The translations under genes were made by a program, and so were the position numbers. Under the pieces are notes generated by a model, which saw only the letters and a list, made by a program, of their open reading frames with translations, made no database searches and was not told the DNA's origin. From positions 1-64,000 of the forward strand of contig CAXHAT010000008.1 of NCBI GenBank assembly GCA_964014485.1: a stretch of 64,000 nucleotides of DNA, read 5' to 3'. Numbering within the stretch: position 1 is the stretch's first letter; each line of letters begins with the position of its first letter. The DNA is from an uncultured Deferribacteres bacterium (GTDB taxonomy: Bacteria > Zhuqueibacterota > Zhuqueibacteria > Zhuqueibacterales > Geothermadaptataceae). Shown in pieces: positions 58,936-64,000 of this stretch.

Positions 58936-59148
58936 ATGCGCGAAAAACAGGCAATTTATATTTCTCGTTTTCTATTATCCGTCTCAATATTGCTTACTTT
59001 TACAGCCTTTTTTTTCGATAAAGCCGTGATTTTTGTCGCGGCTCTGGTTGTCATATTCTATTTGGCTATTTTTGCATATACATCGAAACGAATATTTCCG
59101 ACAGTAAAGCTATTCTTTATAAAACTTTTTTTGCCGACGGCCCATTGA
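58936..59148 (+). CDS. Small two-TM membrane protein (70 aa)
   Basis: RBS AAGGAG 6 nt before ATG; two hydrophobic stretches. Confidence 0.5.
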   Translation: MREKQAIYISRFLLSVSILLTFTAFFFDKAVIFVAALVVIFYLAIFAYTSKRIFPTVKLFFIKLFLPTAH

Positions 59149-59227
59149 ACAAATCGGTTGATTTTTTGCGTCGTATCCTTAAATTACCCCGCTCGAGATT
59201 TGACCGATCTAAAATGGAGAACACACA

Positions 59228-59428
59228 ATGGCGAAAGCAACTTCTTTTCAAGCAAAAATAGCGAAAGGTTCTTCGCAACGTTCAGCGAAAATGTGCCCCA
59301 AGTGCGGAGAAGCGTTACAAGCGGTAAAATTCGTGACTTCAGAGCGTTCGGAAGTAAAAAGCTCCTGGAAATTCAACCAGCGCTTCATCGAAGTTTGCAA
59401 GTGTAATGAACAAGAAGTCTATTCCTAA
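59228..59428 (+). CDS. Small basic zinc-ribbon protein (possible bL38/DUF4295-like ribosomal protein)
   Basis: RBS GGAGA; MAK start, K/R-rich, CPKC..CKC. Confidence 0.7.
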   Translation: MAKATSFQAKIAKGSSQRSAKMCPKCGEALQAVKFVTSERSEVKSSWKFNQRFIEVCKCNEQEVYS

Positions 59429-59456
59429 ACTCGGTTCCCTCTAATGAGGTCATAAT

Positions 59457-59729
59457 TTGGTATTAGGACGTGTTATCGGAACTGTCTGGGCGACGCGAAA
59501 AGACGAAAGCCTGACGGGGATGAAATTGCAAATTGTTCGCCCTGTGGATCTGGATTATTCGGAGAAGCAGGGCTTTCTTATTGCCGTTGACGTTGTCGGC
59601 GCTGGCGTTGGTGAAAAAGTGATTGTCGTTCAGGGAAGTTCTGCGCGACAAACGGATTTGACGACTCAAAAACCAGTCGACGCCGCCATCATTGCCATCA
59701 TCGATAAACTTGACGTTGAGAAAGCCTGA
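59457..59729 (+). CDS. EutN/CcmL microcompartment vertex protein (BMC-P)
   Basis: GRVIGTVWATRK..L, AVDVVGAGVGE..V..GSSAR, PVDAAIIAIID. Confidence 0.92.
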   Translation: MVLGRVIGTVWATRKDESLTGMKLQIVRPVDLDYSEKQGFLIAVDVVGAGVGEKVIVVQGSSARQTDLTTQKPVDAAIIAIIDKLDVEKA

Positions 59730-60007
59730 TGTATTTGGCGAAAGTCATTGGTACGATCTGGGCGACTCAAAAATACGCGTCGTTGGAAGGCGCGACAATG
59801 CAATTGATTCAACCGCTCAAAGCCGATGAAACCAAGGAAGGCGGTCCCATCGTCGCTATAGACACTATTGGGGCGGGCGCCGGAGAGACGGTTGTTTACA
59901 TCACTGCGCGCGAAGCGGTGATTCCGTACCCCGTCGAAATGGCGCCGATTGACGCTTCGATCATCGGCATTGTTGACAACATAGACGTTTACGACCAGAC
60001 AACATGA
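59729..60007 (+). CDS. Second EutN/CcmL microcompartment vertex protein
   Basis: AKVIGTIWATQK, AIDTIGAGAGE, REA, PIDASIIGIVD; TGATG coupling. Confidence 0.92.
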   Translation: MYLAKVIGTIWATQKYASLEGATMQLIQPLKADETKEGGPIVAIDTIGAGAGETVVYITAREAVIPYPVEMAPIDASIIGIVDNIDVYDQTT

Positions 60008-60606
60008 AAATCCTTCTCGCCACAAAGAACAAAGATAAAGTTCGGGAGATTCGCGCCGCCCTTTCCGGTTTGAACATCGAAGTATTAAGCGCCGCGGACA
60101 TGCCGGAGTTGCCGGACGTGGAAGAAGACGCGCCGACGCTCGAAGGGAACGCACTCAAAAAAGCCGAAACGATTTTTAAAATAACCCAAATCCCCTGCGT
60201 CGCTGATGACACGGGCTTGGAAGTCGAAGCTTTAAACGGTGCGCCGGGCGTTTTTTCAGCGCGCTACAGCGGGCCCAATGCGACTTATCAAGACAATGTG
60301 AATAAACTTTTACACGAAATGCGGGACGTCCCAAGCGACAACCGAAAAGCCAGATTCCGGACTGTGATGGCTTATACCAGCGAGTCCGGCAGTCAGACAG
60401 TGGAGGGCGTTTGCGACGGACGCATTACAACAGCGCAACGCGGCAATAACGGCTTTGGGTACGACCCGGTTTTTGAAGTGGGGAAGACCGGTAAAACGCT
60501 CGCCGAAATGCCGCTTGAAGAAAAAAATAAGATCAGTCATCGCGGGCGTGCAATTCGCGAAATCGTCAGTCTTTTTGAGCAGGAATTGGGTGGAAATAAA
60601 TCTTGA
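60004..60606 (+). CDS. rdgB: Non-canonical purine NTP pyrophosphatase (RdgB/HAM1)
   Basis: ATKNKDK, NALKKA, ADDTGL, APGVFSARY, GFGYDPVF, KNKISHRGRA. Confidence 0.95.
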   Translation: MKILLATKNKDKVREIRAALSGLNIEVLSAADMPELPDVEEDAPTLEGNALKKAETIFKITQIPCVADDTGLEVEALNGAPGVFSARYSGPNATYQDNVNKLLHEMRDVPSDNRKARFRTVMAYTSESGSQTVEGVCDGRITTAQRGNNGFGYDPVFEVGKTGKTLAEMPLEEKNKISHRGRAIREIVSLFEQELGGNKS

Positions 60607-60631
60607 CATTCAGTACCCCAGCGGTTATATT
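60603..60631 (+). promoter_or_regulatory. Sigma70 promoter of tRNA cluster
   Basis: TTGACA-N17-TATATT. Confidence 0.7.
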
Positions 60632-60666
60632 TCGCGTCTCATTTTTAAGGCGGTAAGCCTAAATAT

Positions 60667-60740
60667 CGGGGCATAGCGCAGTCCGGCAGCGCATCTGCTT
60701 TGGGAGCAGAGGGTCGCAGGTTCAAATCCTGCTGCCCCGA
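60667..60740 (+). tRNA. tRNA-Pro(TGG)
   Basis: Cloverleaf; anticodon arm tctgc-tttggga-gcaga; T loop GTTCAAATC. Confidence 0.95.
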
Positions 60741-60777
60741 CTTTGGTTTCAAGGAAATTGCCTTGAAGCTGGGACTT

Positions 60778-60851
60778 GCGCCAGTAGCTCAACCGGATAG
60801 AGCAACGGCCTTCTAAGCCGTAGGTTGGGGGTTCGATTCCCTCCTGGCGTA
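60778..60851 (+). tRNA. tRNA-Arg(TCT)
   Basis: Anticodon arm acggc-cttctaa-gccgt; GTTCGATTC. Confidence 0.95.
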
Positions 60852-60879
60852 CTCAGCAAAACGTTACGTTTTCTGATAT

Positions 60880-60958
60880 GGTGGGCGTAGCTCAGTTTGG
60901 TTAGAGCACCTGGTTGTGGCCCAGGAGGTCACGGGTTCAAGTCCCGTCGTTCACCCCA
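60880..60958 (+). tRNA. tRNA-His(GTG)
   Basis: G-1, anticodon arm cctgg-ttgtggc-ccagg, encoded CCA. Confidence 0.95.
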
Positions 60959-60977
60959 AATTTTTGAATAAAAAGTC

Positions 60978-61006
60978 TTGCTTTTTTTGAGCATCGTCGC
61001 TATAAT
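60978..61006 (+). promoter_or_regulatory. Sigma70 promoter of tRNA-Glu
   Basis: TTGCTT-N17-TATAAT. Confidence 0.65.
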
Positions 61007-61022
61007 TGCGATCTCATTTTAT

Positions 61023-61094
61023 GGCCCCTTCGTCTAGTGGTTAGGACTCAGGACTTTCATTCCTGCAACAGGGGTTCGAACCCCCTAGGGGTCA
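61023..61094 (+). tRNA. tRNA-Glu(TTC)
   Basis: Anticodon arm cagga-ctttcat-tcctg; GTTCGAACC. Confidence 0.95.
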
Positions 61095-61101
61095 TAAAAT
61101 T

Positions 61102-61139
61102 AAGCCGTGCAGGCATTGCTTGCGCGGCTTTTTTATTTT
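61102..61139 (+). terminator. Rho-independent terminator after tRNA-Glu
   Basis: aagccgtgcaggc..gcttgcgcggc followed by TTTTTTATTTT. Confidence 0.75.
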
Positions 61140-61236
61140 GGTAAAAAAGTTTGTGATAAAGCGTTTTTACAGCCTTATATCTTTGCATAGATTATTGCTT
61201 CGGACGGAGGAATCAATAGCAAAGCGGGAGAACAAA

Positions 61237-62850
61237 ATGAGGCAAAACGCTTTTATTCGAACGGTCGGCTTGACGATTTTGGGGGTCGTGCTAATCGGGG
61301 GGAACGCATGCTTTTCCGGCGAAAAAACAGACAAAAAACGCTTCCGCTTTGAAATTTCCTTTCCCGCTTCTGTCAGCAAAACGCCGCTAACGGGCAGGAT
61401 GTTTTTGATCTTCTCTCATCAAGATAGCATTGAACCGCGGCTTCAGGTTGGCAGATACGGCCCGCAGCTTTTCGGCGTCGATTTCGAGGAAGTCTCACCC
61501 GGCGAACCTGTCGTTATCGACGAAACGACGTTGGGCTACCCCTACGAAAGCCTTCGCGATCTTCCCGCGCGTGAATATAAAATCCAGGCGGTGCTGAACA
61601 AATATTCCAAATTCGAACGCGCCGACGGCCACGTGCTCTGGATGCACGATGATCAATGGGAAGGACAGAATTGGCGGCGGTCGCCTGGAAATGTTTACAG
61701 CGACGTCCAAACGATCAATCTAGGGGCTTCCAAGAAAGTCGCTCTGAGCATCGAAACGTCGCACGTGATTCCTGCGATCAAGACGCCGAAGGACTCGAAA
61801 TGGGTCAAAAGCTTCAAGATCAAGAGCAAATTATTAAGCGAATTTTGGGGCAGCCCCGTCTATCTCGGCGCGACCGTCCTTTTGCCGAAAAACTACTCCG
61901 AAAATCCTGATCGCCAATACCCGACGGTTTACGAACACGGCCATTTTTCATTGCGTCCCCCATTTCGTTTTGGCCGGGACAGCACGCTTACTCGCGCCTG
62001 GACTGCCGGGGAAACGCCGGAACTCGTTGTCGTCACCATCCAGCATCCAACTCCTTATTTTGATGATTCTTATGCCGTTAATTCGGTCAACAACGGTCCT
62101 TACGGCGACGCCATTCATCAGGAACTCATCCCGGAAATCGAGCGACGTTTTCGCGTCATTCCGGAGAGTTACGCTCGCGTTTTAACCGGAGGCTCAACGG
62201 GAGGTTGGGAGGCCTTCGCTCTACAAGTTTTCTACCCGAATTTTTATGGCGGGACATGGGCGTTTGCGCCAGATCCGCTCGATTTTCGCAATGTCGAAGG
62301 GATCAATATTTACAAAGACAAGAATGCGTTTTATAAGGAACACGAGTGGTACCGCGTGCCGATAGCGAATACGCGCATTCACCCAACCGGGGAAGTGCGA
62401 TTAACCTCGCGGCAACGAAATTTGATGGAATTGGTGCATGGCACGAAAGGCCGCTCCGGCCAGCAGCTTGACATTTGGAGCGCTGTGTTTGGGCCGGTTG
62501 GCGAAGACGGATATTTCAAGCCGCTTTTCAATAAACGCACTGGGGAAATTGATCCCGCGGTCGCGGATTATTGGAAGGAAAACTACGACCTGCGCTACCA
62601 TCTCGAAAAGAACTGGAGCGAACTCGGCCCCAAACTCATTGGGAAACTGCACGTCATCGCCGGGCACATGGACAATTTTTACTTGAACGTCGGTGTGTAT
62701 CACATGGAAGAATTTCTCGAGAGCACGACAAACCCGTATTACGCAGGTTCATTTACTTACGGCCCCAAAGGCGGGCATGGCTGGCGGCCGTGGACGCGCC
62801 CGGAATTATTAGATAGGGTGCATCAGCACATTCTCAAAAACACACCTTAA
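61237..62850 (+). CDS. Secreted alpha/beta-hydrolase (enterochelin esterase-like)
   Basis: Signal/lipoprotein peptide; DSYAVNSVNNGPYGDA, LTGGSTGGW nucleophile elbow, PDPLDFR. Confidence 0.82.
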   Translation: MRQNAFIRTVGLTILGVVLIGGNACFSGEKTDKKRFRFEISFPASVSKTPLTGRMFLIFSHQDSIEPRLQVGRYGPQLFGVDFEEVSPGEPVVIDETTLGYPYESLRDLPAREYKIQAVLNKYSKFERADGHVLWMHDDQWEGQNWRRSPGNVYSDVQTINLGASKKVALSIETSHVIPAIKTPKDSKWVKSFKIKSKLLSEFWGSPVYLGATVLLPKNYSENPDRQYPTVYEHGHFSLRPPFRFGRDSTLTRAWTAGETPELVVVTIQHPTPYFDDSYAVNSVNNGPYGDAIHQELIPEIERRFRVIPESYARVLTGGSTGGWEAFALQVFYPNFYGGTWAFAPDPLDFRNVEGINIYKDKNAFYKEHEWYRVPIANTRIHPTGEVRLTSRQRNLMELVHGTKGRSGQQLDIWSAVFGPVGEDGYFKPLFNKRTGEIDPAVADYWKENYDLRYHLEKNWSELGPKLIGKLHVIAGHMDNFYLNVGVYHMEEFLESTTNPYYAGSFTYGPKGGHGWRPWTRPELLDRVHQHILKNTP

Positions 62851-63014
62851 AACCGCAAAACCGCCGCGCTCGTACGAGCCAAGCCGTTCTTTTGGCAGAG
62901 CTTCGTTCGGCGCAATCCGCTTGCTGAAACAGAGAATCACCGTATATTTCCACCCTTGTTTTAAAGGAAAAGCACATTCCAGCGCTTCAAGTTTTTGGAG
63001 CGCATGAACCTAAG

Positions 63015-63743
63015 ATGGAACTGACCATGTTGAAAAGCACCGCCTGCTATTTGATTGTAATCGCCTCGATCTTGACACTTGGCTGTCAACAAGAGCAGCC
63101 GCAACCGGAGCCGAAACAGGAAATCCCACCGACGGCGCATCCGAACTCCGCCGATTGGGACGATCTTTTTAACGCCGACCTCTCTAACGCCCAATACCCT
63201 GAAGGCATTTGGACTTTTGAAGAAGGCGTTTTAACAGCCACTGAAGATCAGAATATTTGGACAAGCAAAGATTACGACAATTTCATTGTCGATCTCGAGT
63301 TCAAAACCGACAACGGCACCAACAGCGGGGTTGCCGTATACTGCACCGACATAAACGACTGGCCTTCCAATTCCGTCGAAGTGCAAATCACGGACGATTT
63401 TGCCGAGCAGTGGGCGAACGCGCCGAAAACAATGCAATGCGGCGCCTTTTTTGGTCACAAGCCCGCCAGCAAGAGCCTTGTTAAAAAGCCCGGCGAATGG
63501 AACCGTTACACGATTACCTGCAAAGACAACATGATTTACGTCATGCTGAACGGCGAGCAGATCAACGAAATGGACATGACGTTGTGGACGGACGCCAAAA
63601 CCAACCCTGACGGCAGTGAGATTCCTTCACACTTGAGCAAGCCCGTTGCCGAACTGCCCACGCACGGGCGCATCGGTCTGCAAGGTAAACATGCAGGAGC
63701 GCCGGTCTATTTTAGAAATTTGAAGATTAAGGTGATTGAGTAA
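63015..63743 (+). CDS. DUF1080 (3-keto-disaccharide hydrolase-like) lipoprotein
   Basis: Lipobox LTLGC; LFNADLS, YDNFIVDLEFK..NSGV, EVQI, PGEWN, GRIGLQGKH..VYFRNLKI. Confidence 0.9.
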   Translation: MELTMLKSTACYLIVIASILTLGCQQEQPQPEPKQEIPPTAHPNSADWDDLFNADLSNAQYPEGIWTFEEGVLTATEDQNIWTSKDYDNFIVDLEFKTDNGTNSGVAVYCTDINDWPSNSVEVQITDDFAEQWANAPKTMQCGAFFGHKPASKSLVKKPGEWNRYTITCKDNMIYVMLNGEQINEMDMTLWTDAKTNPDGSEIPSHLSKPVAELPTHGRIGLQGKHAGAPVYFRNLKIKVIE

Positions 63744-63748
63744 ACTGA

Positions 63749-63772
63749 AGAGACGCGATGCATCGTGTCTCT
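63749..63772. repeat. REP-type hairpin (AGAGACGCGATGCATCGCGTCTCT family)
   Basis: agagacgcgatgcatcgtgtctct near-perfect palindrome. Confidence 0.65.
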
Positions 63773-63793
63773 ATCAACTTGCGGAGGGAGAAG

Positions 63794-64000
63794 ATGAAAA
63801 AGACGTTTTATTTTTTGGCCCTGGTTGCTGCTGCGTTTTTTATGAGCTGTGAGCCTGTAAGTGAACAAGCTGCATTAAGCCTCGAAGATTATGCGGCGGT
63901 TCATGATCGCATTTTGACCGTTGACACACACATCGACTGGCCTTCACGGCAACTGCGTTCCCCGGATTTTGACCCGGGAAAACGCTATGAGCCGGGCGGC
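63794..64000 (+). CDS. Membrane dipeptidase (M19)-like lipoprotein, runs off window
   Basis: RBS GGAGGGAG; MKKTFYFLALVAAAFFMSC..VHDRILTVDTHID. Confidence 0.7.
   Translation, partial: MKKTFYFLALVAAAFFMSCEPVSEQAALSLEDYAAVHDRILTVDTHIDWPSRQLRSPDFDPGKRYEPGG

Noticed and set aside
60667..61140. tRNA cluster as prophage/island attachment site
   Set aside because: No integrase and no duplicated tRNA 3' end seen in the window.

Overview
Bacterial chromosomal window with mostly housekeeping and envelope genes. The gene content suggests a non-Bacteroidota FCB-group lineage such as KSB1/Calditrichota/Ignavibacteria (inference only). The supporting signs are T9SS-type CTD proteins, a PorU-like C25 peptidase, a PorV/PorQ fusion, EutN satellite genes and canonical TTGACA-N17-TATAAT promoters. 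Contents: about 45 CDS, four tRNAs (Pro-TGG, Arg-TCT, His-GTG, Glu-TTC), an MFP + two-RND efflux operon, a FIST/hybrid-kinase pair, a TonB receptor, a truncated RhuM and a pentapeptide membrane protein. I saw no transposase, integrase, reverse transcriptase, CRISPR array or rRNA. The window carries at least seven different small palindromic repeat families. One is a 69-bp dRS3-like element inserted in-frame in the C25 gene. Another is a ~120-bp MITE, present twice, with ~20-bp TIRs and a GTAG-REP hairpin core; one copy is nested inside another REP. Best leads: (i) a T9SS-like surface system (PorU-like protein, PorV-OmpA-AMIN fusion, NHL cargo) sharing an unnamed ~100-aa module with a beta-propeller that partners a circularly permuted S55 peptidase; (ii) a possible cascade from a sensorless sigma54 activator through a sigma54 promoter to an orphan ECF sigma; (iii) a zinc-ribbon small protein resembling ribosomal bL38/DUF4295; (iv) a bacterial DUF3524/QTMAN-like glycosyltransferase. 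All family assignments are by eye from motifs; no searches were run.
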